From: the human T2T-CHM13v2.0 reference genome, Homo sapiens
NCBI RefSeq assembly: GCF_009914755.1
Contig: NC_060925.1
DNA length: 64,000 bases
Strand: one strand, 5' to 3'
In this document: one piece after another, positions 27,089 to 42,374 of the stretch
Layout of the letters: each line of letters begins with the position of its first letter
Numbering within the stretch: position 1 is the first letter of the stretch
The notes under the pieces: generated by a model
Database searches by the model: none
What the model saw: the letters and a program-made list of their open reading frames with translations, nothing else
Told to the model about the DNA's origin: nothing
Translations under genes and position numbers: made by a program

Positions 27089-29184
27089 AAAAACATTTAC
27101 CATTAGGCTGTTATTATGTACATCATTTGGAGTCCAGCCTCTAGCTGTTGTATATTTATCATAAAACTGAACATATACATATAATTAACATACCTGCCTT
27201 GCTTTGCTAACCATGCTTGTGTAAAGAAGAGTACCAAGTAATTTTCAAAAATGAGTAATCAGTGAATAATGTATATTTGGTTTGGCTTGCAATGCCCCAG
27301 ACTCACAGATAGAGACCTGCAAATTTGTGACATGAATACTAATTTAGTCACCTTCATTGTCTCTGTTAACCTCTGTTCTTCAGTTTACTGTTCCCTGAAG
27401 CAGGGCCTGCAAAAATAAATAATCCTGGTAGAAAAATCAACAATTAGTCATCCAAATGACACAAATTTTCCCATTGCAGTTTATGAATTTGGGTAACATG
27501 CCATGTTAATCTTATCTTCAGGTTGACTTACTCTGGCTGCCTGGACTCCTCAGATCCCCTCCAATGGGACTGTGTGCTAGTGACACGAAAGATGTCTTTA
27601 GCCTTAGAAAGCTATTCTTGAGAAGGTCGATCTGCTGGCAGAGAAAATGTAATCTGAATCATTAAGTCCAGTGCAAATAATTTATGTGTTAACCTCTATT
27701 GTTCATGGAGAATTCACTGTAGATACGGAATTATAGGTGGGAAGTAGAGGGATGCAGTAGAAAGAAAAGGAACTTTTCCATAGAACTTCACTTTTATGTC
27801 CTAATAGTCCCCAGAGAATTTCTGGAAGGAAGTGGCTGTCTCATTTAGGAGAGGTAGACTCAGGTGTGAAAATGTTTCTTCTTGGTTACACTATAGGTTA
27901 CAAATTGAGCTGGAGCCAGCTTACAGGACATCTGAGCCCCAGTCAAGGGAGAGGAAGCCGGGGCACAGCTCAGTACTTTGCCATTCCATCCCTGCTGTAA
28001 TCAGTCTCTGAGTCTGGTCTTGGTAATAGTATTATTTCATCTCTATTATCTGTCATGCTGCTTCATGCTTTATTTTTCCCTGGAACCCTCATCTGCTGCT
28101 TTACGGATTCCTATTGTGCTTCAATTATTTGGAGCTCAGATTTGAAATGCCAACTCTTTTCCCTCCTCTTCCACCTGGATTGGGTTCCAAACCTTTCCAG
28201 CCTTCTTCTTCCTCTGCTCAGTCCTATGTAGAACGTTTGGATTACTTCCCTTTTGATAGCCTCAAGATGTGAAGGCTCCTCCTTTTTTTTTTTTTTTTTT
28301 TTTTTTTTGGCTTAGGGAGTGCATTTTAAAGCATTTATTTTTTGACTCCTCATCTATTATTTTTATCATAAGGTTTCCTTTTAATGTTCCTGAGTGATGG
28401 GAAATGTTCTCTCTTGCTGCTGGGAAAGGCACTATAGAAATGAAATATGTATTGCCTTTCTACTCATCTGATTATCTGCCTCCTCAAAGTAGTTTAACAA
28501 ATTAACATTGAGTCTCTTATTTTCTACACAGTTTCTTTTAAGCAAGGAAAGAATTATAGCTGTTCAACTGCTCCCTTGCTTTCTTGCCCAACTTCCTTTT
28601 CCCATAATGATTTGTCCATAAAATAAGAAGGAAGAAGGAAAACCCACTAGAGAGGATTCTGATTCCCCTGGCAGATGATGGATGGCTGGCTGTATGACAA
28701 GTCAGCTTTGGGCGGCACAGTGAGCTATTTGAGCCTTTTCAACTGTTTTTTTTTTTTTTTTTCTTTCAACTCATGAGGTTATAGAGGAAAAATGAAGAGG
28801 CCATGGACATGGTCTTTTGGGTGGGCTTAATGAAGTATGGCTAAGACAATTCCAGAATAGCCTTTATTGAAACATTACTTTGTCTGAGATTGTTCTTAGT
28901 GGGATACATTCTGAGAACTAGCTGGGTGGAAGCTTTTGGTCAAAAGCTAGGAACAGGTGAAACCAGCTTAGGAAGACTTAGGGTTGAGGTCCACCCCCAA
29001 GGAATAGACTGATTTTAAAACAACTCCTCCCTAGTGACTTATCATAGTTCCTGAAATTCCATCATTAAGAATTATTTTCTTTAAGTCTCAACAATCTCCA
29101 GAGTCTCAGCAATCTCCAGAGGCCTCTTTAAAATAGTAAATAACTATATACTAGAAGTAAAAGTGTTTTAAGTCTTTACCAACT

Positions 29185-29320
29185 ATTTATACCAGAAGTA
29201 TTCTCTTATGGATTTTGATAATTCAAAAATAAGCCCCATGGCCCTGCTGAAATTTATACCAGAAGTATTCTCTTATGGATTTTGATAATTCAAAAATAAG
29301 CCCCATGGCCCTGCTGAAAT
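29185..29320. repeat. Perfect 67 bp tandem duplication
   Basis: 29185-29251 is identical to 29252-29318, followed by AT microhomology. Confidence 0.95.
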
Positions 29321-30436
29321 GTAACCTAGTATAGCCATTTAGAAGTTTTAGGGAACAAGAGAAGTAGAAAAAGTAGTATTGAAAAGAGGGATGAATTAAA
29401 AATGTCACCTACTTCCCAATTTTGCTCAGAGCTGGCCCTGTCAGTATAGTCTGTATTCATGGCAGCTGGTGGAGAGAGCACAGAAAATAAAAGGAAACCA
29501 GTAGTATTTCCAAGGTTCTGTCATTTTGCCAGCCTGCCAAGGAGGCAGATGCTGTAGACAGATTTGACCATAAGCTCTGGTTGAAATGACTCTCAGGCCG
29601 TGTCTGGTTTTGTGTGCAACCATAGCACTGCAGGCAGAGGAAGTCTGGAGATTGAAGTGGCAGCAAACCCAATGCCCAGACCCCTGCTTCTCACTTTTGT
29701 CTACATCATTTAGTCTCACAGCATGATTTTAGCACAGTCTCTTCCCTTCCTCAACCCTTGATTTCTCCATAAGCAAATGAGCCATCAGTGTTGCAAGGCT
29801 CCAGTAGGCTAGGAAGAGCAAAAGAACTGAAGACAATAATATTCCAAATCTGATATCAACAAAGGACTGACAAACTCTAGGATTAGAAGATGACAGAGTC
29901 AACATGAAGCTTCTGTTGGGGAGTCTAGAAATTTACAAGGAAAATAAACCAAGGAGAAGTAGGGAGAGGTAGAGTCCCAAAGGGGCCCCACAGGTGTTTT
30001 ATGTTCTTACTTCTGCATGTGAATTTGGGAGCCATTCAAGGAGCTGGATTGTAAATCCTTAAGACTTCCATTTAGCCGTAGCTTATGTATAGCCCACAGA
30101 GCAGCCAGGCTACCCTGTCTTCATGCCCTGTAGATACTGTTCTAGGAGTGACACAGTCTGAAGCTCATGCCCATTAAACTTCATCACGGGGCTGTATTGT
30201 TCTCACCTAACTCTTCATGTTTCACAATTTCCCAAGCTCAGGCTATGAATGTAGTTGGGGAAGTGTCATTCCCTAGTGAATAGCTTAATTTGTGTCCAGG
30301 AATAAATAATAGAGAGAGAGTCAGCAGTGCAGTCCCTTGGAGGGTACCAGTGATCATTGCTCTTTAGGAAGTGCCCCACAAGGAGATGGCTACTGCCTTT
30401 GCAAATCATGTGTGTTGGGAGGAGAAAAGCATTTAG

Positions 30437-31206
<770 letters not shown>

Positions 31207-31435
31207 TAAATGATTCTGCTTCCCAGGGCAAGTGCTAGGAAGCACATTAACTGTATATTAGTCTGCAATTGAATTGCTTTTGTTCTTTCTTTGGTATTCC
31301 AGAGATTTTATAATCTATGTTAAAATCATGGGTTCTGAAACTTGGTGAGACAGGGCTTTTGAAAGAGAGCACTTTTGGCTGTGTAATGTAAATCTGTTTC
31401 TCTTCAGAAAGACAGGGGCCCTGTAGATAAGACTC

Positions 31436-32593
31436 TTATTATTATTATTATTATCATACTTTAAGTTCTAGGGTACATGTGCACAATGTGCAGGTTTGTT
31501 ACATAGGTATACATGTGCCATGTTGGTTTGCCGCACCCATCAACTCATCACTTACATTAGGTATTTCTCCTAACACTATGCCTCCCCCAGCCCCGCCGCC
31601 AAAAGGCCCCGGTGTGTGATGTTCCCCTCTCTGTGTCCATGTGTTCTCATTGTTCGACTCCCACTTATGAGTGAGAACATGCAGTGTTTGGTTTTCTGTC
31701 CTTGTGGTATTTTGCTGAGAATGATGGTTTCCAGCTTCATCCATGCCCCTGCAAAGGACATGAACTCATCCTTTTTTGTGGCTGCATAGTATTCCATGGT
31801 GTATATGTGCCACATTTTCTTATCCAGTCTATTACTGATGGACGTTTGGGTTGGTTCCAAGTCTTTGCTATTGTGAATAGTGCCGCAATAAACATACGTG
31901 TGCACGTGTCTTTATAGTAGCATGATTTATAATCCTTTGGGTATATACTCAGTAGTGGGATTGCTGGGTCAAATGGTATTTCTAGTTCTAGATCCTTGAG
32001 GAATCATCACACTGTCTTCCACAATGGTTAAACTAATTTCCACTCCTACCAACAGTGTAAAAGCGTTCTTATTTCTCCACATCCTCTCCAGCATCTGTTC
32101 TTTCCTGACTTTTTAATGATCACCATTCTAACTGGCGTGAGATGGTATCTCATTGTGGTTTTGATTTGCATTTCTCTGATGACCAGTGATGATGAGCATT
32201 TTTTCATATGTCTGTTGGCTGCATAAATGTCTTCTTTTGAGAGGTGTCTCTTCATATCCTTTGCCTACGTTTTGATGGGCTTGTTTTTTTCTTGTAAATT
32301 TGTTTAAGTTCTTTGTAGATTCTGGATATTAGACCTTTGTCAGATGGGTAGATTGCAAAAACTTGCTTCCATTCTGTAGGTTGCCTGTTCACTCTGATGG
32401 TAGTTTCTTTTGCTGTGCAGAAGCTCTTTAGTTTAATTAGAGCCCATTTGTCAATTTTGGCTTTTGTTGCCATTGCTTTTGGTGTTTTAGTCATGAAGTC
32501 CTTGCCCATGCTTATGTCCTGAGTGGTATTGCCTAGGTTTTCTTCTAGGGTTTTTATGGTTTTAGGTCTTACATTTAGGTCTTTAATCCATCT
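31436..32593 (-). mobile_element. 5'-truncated L1PA (about PA5-PA7), ORF2 C-terminus plus 3' UTR, (TAA)n tail
   Basis: Minus-strand ORF2 pieces (32252-32593, 32046-32255, 31576-31905) with stops and frameshifts; older 3' UTR diagnostics. Confidence 0.9.
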
Positions 32594-35482
32594 ACAGACA
32601 ACCATGGTAAAACCCATACCCAGAATCAAAAATAAGTGAAGCAATTTGCCCAGCACTAGGACCCCCAAGTCTAGTTCTGAACTTACAAATAGGTTGCATT
32701 CTAGGAAGAGATGGACACATCCTGACAGATCTATTTTGAGGACCCAAACTCTGTGCTGAGACTTAAATAAAGGAGCAGAGAAACTTCCACTTTCCCAGGG
32801 TAGGAATGGAAGGATAAGTCAGTTTGGCGTGATAATTCAACATTTTTCTATCATGCGAAGGAAGAATCCGAATTACTGCTGAGATTCTTCTGTTTCCCTC
32901 AGATGAGAATCTTTAGAGGAGAAGAACTTGAATTAATTTTATTTTCCCAGTTAGTAGGGTTCTCAACACCTCAAAGTACCAGCATTGGTCCTCCCAAGAA
33001 GGAAATATATTTAACATTTAACCTGGTTCCTGTCCTACAAAGCAGAGATGAATCCAGAAGTGAGGAGGAAGCAGAATGGGGAGTCAGAATCAAGACTTTT
33101 TTTCTCTATTAGTTTGGATAAATAGCAAAGCTATCTAAGGATGAATGCTGTTATTGTTGTTAATGGTTTGCATTTGGTGGTGGGAAAATTAAATGAGGAC
33201 TCTGTCTCATCCAGTCCACTCTACATTCTGTACATCCTACTCCTATCTGCTGCCAAATTCAGAGCATGCATTCCTTCTTAGCCCATACCCTCTTATTTGC
33301 ATAAGAATCAATACAATGAAGTGAAACAGTAGAGAAAAATTGGATCCTCTTTTACTACTTAACCTTAAAAGAGCTGTTTCTAGAAAGACCTCTGGGACTG
33401 CTATTTAGTCAAGGGTGGCACTTCTTGGATAAATGAATTGCAATATTTTGTTTAACTGAACAACTGAAAAGTTGGGACATTACGCTAAAAAAATATACTG
33501 AGCAAGAAAGATTATGAGAAACTCTTTCTTGAGTTCTCTACCACATCCTGCCTGTTCATGGGTTTTCTGCACTCCCACCCCAATACCACCATCACCTCAT
33601 CTGTGAAACTCAATACCATGTTAAAGCTGGAAGGGCCCTTTGATAGAAGTCAGTTCAACCCCATCATTTTACTAATTTGCAGATGGAAGGCCAAGATGGT
33701 TAAGAGACTTGCCCAAGGTCCTAGAGGCCAGCAGGGGCAAGCCAAGACCAGAACCCAAGTCATGTGGCCTTGGTCTACTACTTTCTTCATCACATTGTAT
33801 TGTTTCTTGAAAAGTGTAGTACAGATGCCAGTTTCTCTTAAGCAAAGCTATACGCTAGATAAAAGTTGTGATCAGACTTTTATGAATGCCTGGGGGAGGG
33901 TGGGATACTGACTTTAGAGAAGTTTATGAGCTGATGTCACCCTGATTTTAAGTCTGAGCTAAAGCTCAATTAAGTGCTTCTTTGTTATTATATTACAATC
34001 TTAGTATTGTAGGAAGTTCTGAAATATCCCATCATTTCTTTTGGGCTAACTTTTCTCATTTAATACAAGAAATTTGAGTTGAATTATCTTTCAGATCTGT
34101 TTCTGTTTTAATGAGCTCTGGTTCCTCTAAAATTGTTGTTAAATGCCCACCGTTCCCCACCTCCATCACCATCAGGAAATGGAGTTTTTAATCTTTCACG
34201 CACTCTTACATAGGAAAAAAAATTATTTTAGTACTGATTCTGACCGACTCTGAAGTATTGTTATAGCCTTCTGGAGTTCTTTCAGGGTGGCTCAGAACCT
34301 CAGGGAAACCTTGAACCAAAGCTTCAGGGCAGCTGTAGGCAGAATAACAGGACTTTGCCTGTTTGCTAGGAACTACTGAGCTCCCCGAATATGGACCTGT
34401 ATTGGAAGCTATGCCAATATCCCTGCGATAGCCTCAAAAAGTGGACAACTAAAAGAGGTGCCTGGTTTGGCATTCTCTGGGGGACAGTTCATGGAAAGTT
34501 TATTGATGGGGCTGGCCACTCTATCTGCAAATAATGATGTCTTTTTTCTGGTGTCTACCTTACCCTGTTCCTCACTAACCATTGAAAGATGCAGGAAGAC
34601 TTTGGGAACCTGCCCCTAAGTCTGAACCTACCCCTAAGTCTGTTTTCAGATGTAAAGGTTGACACCTTTCAGTATAGAATTATCTAAAGTTGTTAGTCAA
34701 GATTTAAGAGATCTGCACACACTGAATTTTTTTCAGTTCACGGTGATAGGGGAAATGGTATTTTTATCCATGTTTTGAGATTTCTATTTTTCCTTTGTTC
34801 TGTCTGTAAAGAATTGAAGAAAACTTTCCAGGACATCTCTTGCCTTTCCAAATTCTATTTTCATTAAAGTCAAATCAAATTCAATAATAAAACTTTTTCA
34901 GAAATAGCCATGAATTTATAATCAGTAACACATGATTTAATTGTTTTTTTCTCTTTAGCTGTATTCAAAGTTTCTTCAGAAAAGGGGATATGTTTTATGC
35001 TTTTCATCTACCTTGTGGCTTCTTTTTGATAATTTGAGTTTAATATAGTAAAACATAATGATGAAGCAGTGGGGCCAATGTCTCCTTCTGGAGTCAGTCT
35101 TGGCCTATAGAATTTATTGACATATCTTTCAGGTTACATATATCTAGATCTTTATGGGGTGGAGCTTTACTCCTAGTGAGTATCAACACTTTGAAACTTA
35201 TAAACATCAAATGCTGGAATCCCACTGCAGGCCTATGGAATCAAAATTTTCAGGGGATAAAGCAGGAGTATATGTTTTTTAAAAAGCTTCCTAAGTGAGT
35301 CTAATGCACAGCTATGGTAAAGCCTGCCTTATGGAATAAGAGGGCCACTCTTAGAGGCTTCCCAAGTACAGTTATCATTCACATACACAACCAACAAGGG
35401 AAAAACACACATCATTATTGCAGGGCATTGCTAGGATTGTGCCCGGGTGCCCACAGGCAGGTTCTGTACAAGAGGACAATAG

Positions 35483-35849
<367 letters not shown>

Positions 35850-38582
35850 AAAAACATGTTTTAAAACATTGCAACACAATGACATTGGAAGTGAAGACCA
35901 GCAGAAAGAGAGTAGAGGCTTATCAGAGCGGAGAGACAAAGAGCAAATCTAGGGTTATGTGTAGGTGGCCATCTACATAGTATGATTTCTAAGAACTTGT
36001 TGACTTAAACCTCCCTTGTGAAAAACTCAATCCTTTGGCTTAAAACACTGACTCTTGTTAAAATGGAAATACCTATGAATCATATCTGACAAGGTACATC
36101 ATATTCTTACCTGAGAACACGTTGTAATGGGGTGGGGAAAGAGCTGGAAACATAGATGGAAAGAGAGAGGGTATTGCCAAAAGAGGATGCACACTGGGCA
36201 GGACATCGTGCAGACAGCAGCAGCTGGACAAATATCATCACTTTGATTTACTGCTATTTAAAAGAGAACTGCTCAAAACTATTGGACTATTAGATATGCT
36301 ATGTTTTTCCCTTGCCTACCCTGCTGAGGAGCTCCTTGGCTCACTCTGGCCTCTGCTGCTAGCTCCTGAATTGGGAAGAAAGCAACAGGAAAGCAACCTC
36401 ATCCCGTGGGAGATGGCCCGGTGGTCTAGGCTGGCCCTGAGAGTGAGGGCTCTGAGATCCAGCCTGAGGATTTTCCTCTGACTTGCTGTGTGGCCTCCAG
36501 CCAGTCTCCAAACAGCTTTAGTTTTCTTGTATGTCAAACCAAGATAAATACCTAACTTCCCACTTCTCTGGGGCATTGTAAGGCTTCACTTCTGCCACTT
36601 TCAGTAAGGTTTGTCCAAAGATCATAAGAAGAAAGCTTTTGAGAACTTTTAAGATGAATTACTTTTACTACTTATGTAGTATTAGGTAGAAAGGAGAATG
36701 TACCGGGAGGGTGGGATAATGGAGAACACAACAATCTCACTCAGAGAAGCAGTGTTTGTAGTGGAAGAGAAACACAAAAGGGGTTTTGGGGTTGGGGTGC
36801 AAGGGAGAGAAGTCTACAATTGGTACCAGATGCCATCAGAAGCTAACGACCTGACAAACTCTGTCCTCATAAAACAAATTCCTTAAAAAGGAAGCAAATG
36901 GAAATATAAGCTAGTGAAAGAATTTGCAGCAGCTGCCCTAAAACCATTTCTCACTTCATAAACAGGTCTGGGTTTGGTCCTTTTTTTTTTTTTTTCGTGT
37001 TGGTCTTATTTCATGCCACTTTTCCCTCTCATATTCTCCCCTGTCTCATTCTTCCTCCCTTGCTTCTCCTGCTGGATGGACTTCTCACACTGGCAGTCAT
37101 AACAATAGTAGTTCCCATTTTGATGGAGGGAGGCTCATTCAGAGCATTTGTTTTGTGTCTTGTCTCAACATGTATTTGTCCTCAATGATGGCATGGATTA
37201 ATTGGACGAAGTCACTCAAAAACAGCACTTGCTCTTTTCACCCTGACTTCTTTCCAATAAACTAATGTGGACCAGAGTATTAATGACTCTCTGTTTCCCA
37301 GTACTTCCTGTTTAGCATGCTGAAGAAGAGATTATGTTTGGGACATCCATGGCATGTGGCATCTAGAGAACTAGGAGTTCTTTAGAATCACTAATGAAGC
37401 ATCTTGATCACATTTCATAAAGGATGGTCAGATTTTAGCTTCCTTATCAGATAGATTAAATACATATTTGGAGACAAAAATTCATTTCCTACATTGCATA
37501 TCAGCATTGAATTTGGGGAATTCATGCTGACTCATTAACAACCCCCACCTTATATATTTCTTCCTTCATCAGGTCTCATAATGGATACTTCATCATCTCA
37601 GGAAATAACCAGGGCTTAAACTTGTGAAAACATTTTCTTCACACCGATCACCTCCAGTTCTTCCAACTTATACATAATAAACATAGATAAAAGAAATGAG
37701 AGTATCACTGACATATGATTTAAATCCCAAGGGCATAAGAGCAGGGTCAGCAACTTTAGCATATTTAGTCTGAATTCACCCTTTTGGGGCTAGTGCTTTT
37801 TAAGTCAAGTCTCAATTATTTCAAGGTAGTATGTGCATATTCAATGATATTTATTTTCTACTTTCTTATATTGTTGCCCAGATCTTTGATAAAGTAGTTG
37901 ACCACTAACACAATTCAGGGACAAACAGAGCACACTACTGATGACAAGATTCATAGTAGTCATATCTTTGGGCTAATAATTAGCACCAAGGGCAACAACA
38001 TCAAGAGCAAGAAAATATCTTGCTAGTCTTCCATACTAGACTATGTATTCCCTAAGAGCATGGTTCTTATACCACTGGTACTCAGATCGAGGCCTTCCTA
38101 ACAGTAAGTGCTCAGTAAATGCTTATTAATGAATGGTGGAGCAAGATGGTTGAATCAGTGTTTAATGATATTTTCATATTTCACATCCCCATTTGTCATT
38201 ATAAAATTTAACAAATTTCTCACTTTGATAGCTATGGACTGACTTTGCTCTCTATAACATGAACAATCGTAACTTAGCAAATTTTTATTGTGTCAACTAC
38301 AGCAAGTCATGCGTTGAATATAAAGTGGGTAAGAGTCAGTTTTCCTCTTCAGAGTGTCCATAATCTAGTTGGAACATTGAGCATTTAAGAGACACTCAGA
38401 TACTAATTACCTTGTGAATAAAAGGATAAATAAGTTAATTCACTGATTAAAGAATGAGAAAATGCATACACAACTATAACAGAAGATAAAGCAAAAGAAA
38501 TTTAGAAGGGAGTTATTTTTTAAATTTCACTGGGAAGTTCAAAGGAAGAGGGCATCTGAAGGGACTTCTTTGAGAAGGAGAG

Positions 38583-38991
38583 TGTCTTAGCTCAATTTGT
38601 GTTGCTATAACTGAATGCCTGATACTGGGTAATTTATAAAGAAAAGAGATTCACTTAGCTCATGGTTCTATAGTCTGGGAAGTGCAAGAAGCATGACGCT
38701 GGTGTATGCTCGGCTTTCTTGCTGTGTCATACATGGCAGAAGCAAACACATGCAAAGGTGCAAAACTTGAGAGGCACCCTGACTTTATAACAATCCACTC
38801 TCATGGGAACTAACCTATTACAGTGAGAACTAATTCAGTCACTACCACAAGAACAGCACTAAGCCATTCATGAGGGATCCACCCTCATGACCCAAACACC
38901 TTCCACTAGGCCCCACCTACCAATACTGCCACATTGGGAATGAAATTTCAACATGAGTTTTTTGGGGACAAACCATATCCAAACCATAGCA
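38583..38991. mobile_element. MST (MSTB-like) MaLR solo LTR
   Basis: tgtcttag...tgtgttgctataac...ctgggtaatttataaagaaaagag...atccaaaccatagca (TG...CA ends). Confidence 0.85.
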
Positions 38992-39263
38992 GAAGGCCTT
39001 TTAGAAATCTCAACAAATTGAGCAAAGGTACACAAATGGGAGAACAAAAAAGTGGGGTGACAAACAGCAAACAGACCAGTGAGGCCTTTTGCAGTGCTTC
39101 ATGCAGTAGAGGAATAACAACTCTGTGAGGTTGCCATAATTATCCCCGTCTTATAGGGGAAGGAGTTGAAACACTTGGGAATGAATAACTCAATCCAAAT
39201 CGCACAGATGTTAAATGATGGGTCCAGGATTCAATTCCAGAGAGCCTGAGGCTAATGCCCTAA

Positions 39264-39624
<361 letters not shown>

Positions 39625-40394
39625 TGCTCCAGTGTATTCTTGCTGCTGTTATGATCCAGGCTGAGTCTAGATTGGCCCTGGCAATCCAAGCAGCAGTTCT
39701 CTGCTGAGAGGATGTCTGTGGAAGCATCTAGCATAAGTTAGGCATGGGACATGGATTCAAGATGTGTGAATTTCCTCTTCCAGTAATCGGTTCAATTTCT
39801 GCTCAGTCTGTGCTAATATTCAGTGGTATGTACTGCTATGGCTTTAGCAGTTGTGAAAATATTTCCATACCAATCGGTTAATTGGTGTTGCCTTTCTGTC
39901 ACCTTAGAAACCTAGGCCCTTCAGACATGGCCTTCTGTGTCACCTTGTGATCAAACATTTGAAAGATTCATGCCTGACATAATGAGGGGCCTCCAGGATT
40001 CACTCCTGAGCTTTGTCCTGGATTTGTTCTAATTGCTTGGGACCCAACAGTACTGGTTGTTAAATATTTTGAGTGTCATCCCATGATCTATTCATTTCTG
40101 AGCCACACAGAACTCTCAGAATCTGTTCTCCACCTCATTTCATCACCATTTGATCCTCCTGGAAGAAAGAGCCATAGAAAGTCAACTAACTGTTACTTGT
40201 TAGCTGTTAGTTTTTATGTCTATTATGCTGCATGGTGTTGGGTAGTAGAGAAAAAAGGTGATGAGTTAAATATCAGTTTTGGAGAAAATTGTTCTCTCTG
40301 GTTTAGGAGCCCTCCCAGATGGAGCTGCAAAGTCATTGCTCCTCCTTATTGGTTCTCAACCAGTCCTAAGATGGTTCTATTTCTCTTATCCCAG

Positions 40395-40566
40395 CTGTAT
40401 CCATCGGCCCTGTGGGAAGCAGGACAGCTGTCCGTCATTGCTGCTTGATCATGCTGATGTGGTGAACTGTACCTCTATAGGCCCAGGTCTCATGAAGTGT
40501 GCTATCACTTGTCAAAGGGGATTTGCCCTTCAGGCCAGCAGTGGGCAGTACATCAGGCCCATGCAG
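40395..40566 (+). CDS. PAPPA2: PAPPA2 coding exon (172 nt, phase 2->0), start of Sushi/CCP1: (S)[57 protein letters not shown]
   Basis: Pyrimidine tract ttctcttatcccag| and donor CAG|gtgagt. The C-x-x-x-C-x-x-G-F pattern is typical of CCP modules. Confidence 0.96.
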
Positions 40567-42077
40567 GTGAGTTGAAAGAACACTATCACCAGGACCAAGT
40601 TCCTGGGAAGGGGAGGTATTCACACTCTTCTCTCTGGCTCCACAGGGAAAGAGCAGATGTTTTTAAACCATTTGAAAGCAAAACATGGGGGCTCTAACAA
40701 GCAGAGAGAATGATGGCTTAATAGAAATGCAAGGTATATAAAAGCATGTACAGTGCTGATTAAGTGGGTTGGTGGGCAGTAAAGGGCAATGCTTATTCTG
40801 TTCTTCTCCCTTGTTTATTTCTGTCAGAAATTATTTTCCCTCCTTTTGCCTTTAAGATGAGAATGCCAAAGTTCAGACTTGTCTGTAATTTTCAGGAAAG
40901 ACTGGTTGTAATCAGCATGTCTGTGGTTCACAATGTCCACCCCACAACAACCCTCCAACAAAAAGACTGAAGAAATAGAACCCGATTTTCTCCCCAGAAG
41001 CATTAAAGCTGTTACTGAGGCAGAGATTCTGTCATGATTCTCACTCTGGCCAAATTTTCCAAATTTCTACAAGCTCCATTTCAAATTTCTACAGCACCAT
41101 TTTCAGAATTTCAAGATGGTTTGGAGGTAGTAGAATATGTAGATTAACAGGGTGACTCAGGAGACAGATCGGAATTAAATTTTGGCTCCACTGTATATAA
41201 GATGTGTAACTTTGGATTAAAAAATAAACAAAAGAAATTAATCTCCTTAAGCTTGTTTTCACATTTTTTAAATGATTAGAACAGAATACTTATCTGATTG
41301 AGTTATTATGATGGCTGGAAATAATTTAAATGCTTTTAGCAAAATGATAGGTACATAGCACTCTATTTGTTAAATTGTCAGTATTATGAGCATGATCATG
41401 TATTCTCAACTAAGAATTCTGTTTTCCATCTTGCCTTTAGAGAGTCTTCAATTCCCCACAGAGAAATTTTAAACATAAAATCAGCCATTAGAAAACATGA
41501 CCATATTATAAGATAGAAAAAGGATGCACCAGGGAAGAGATGATGGTGCTCGAGGAAAAAAACAGAAAGATGTGGTCTCATAAGGAAAGAGTGGACATAC
41601 AACTGTTAGCTAGACATCAGTGATTTACAAGAGTTGATTTTTTTTTTTTGTGCCAATTGATTGCTTAACAGGTTGGGAACCTGTGGGAGAATTCCACTTG
41701 CTTAGAGATGTCAGGATTTAAAGGTATACACTTTGGCTTCAGCTGGCTTAGGTTCTGCCTAGAGAGAAACAGCTTTAATATACCTTGAGGCACCAACTTC
41801 TTGGTCTGTGAAGCTTTAGCCAGGAAGGCAGAGCCCTTATTACCTGTTCTTTACCCATCTCAACTCAGGCAAAGGAATGTCCACTCCAGAAAAGAAATAA
41901 AAAGAATGGAAAAAAATGCAGGGACTGAATCCACTCGTGATAGGTGAAGAAGGGGAGAGAAGAAAAGACAACATGTATAATGCATTAAAATTAGAAGCAA
42001 ATTCAAAACAAAATGGACAGTACCTAACAGAGACAGGAGAAGCACCAGGCAATAGATGCAGATTTTGAGAGGCATTC

Positions 42078-42374
42078 TTTTTTTTTGAGACGGAGTCTCG
42101 CTCTGTCGCCCAGGCTGGAGTGCAATGGCACGATCTCAGCTCACTGCAACCTCCCAACCTCCACCTCCCGGGTTCAAGCGATTCTCCTGCCTCAGCCTCC
42201 TGAGTAGCTGGGACTACAGGTGCATGCCACCACACCCAGCTAATTTTTGTATTTTTAGTAGAGACGGGGTTTCACCATGTCAGCCAGAATCGTCTCCATC
42301 TGCTGACCTCATGATCCGCCCACCTTGCCCTCCCAAAGTGCTGGGATTACAGGTGTGAGCCACTGCCCCCAGCC
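42078..42374 (-). mobile_element. AluSc-like element
   Basis: TSD ttgagaggcattc (42065-42077 / 42375-42387); small internal caacctcc duplication. Confidence 0.9.
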
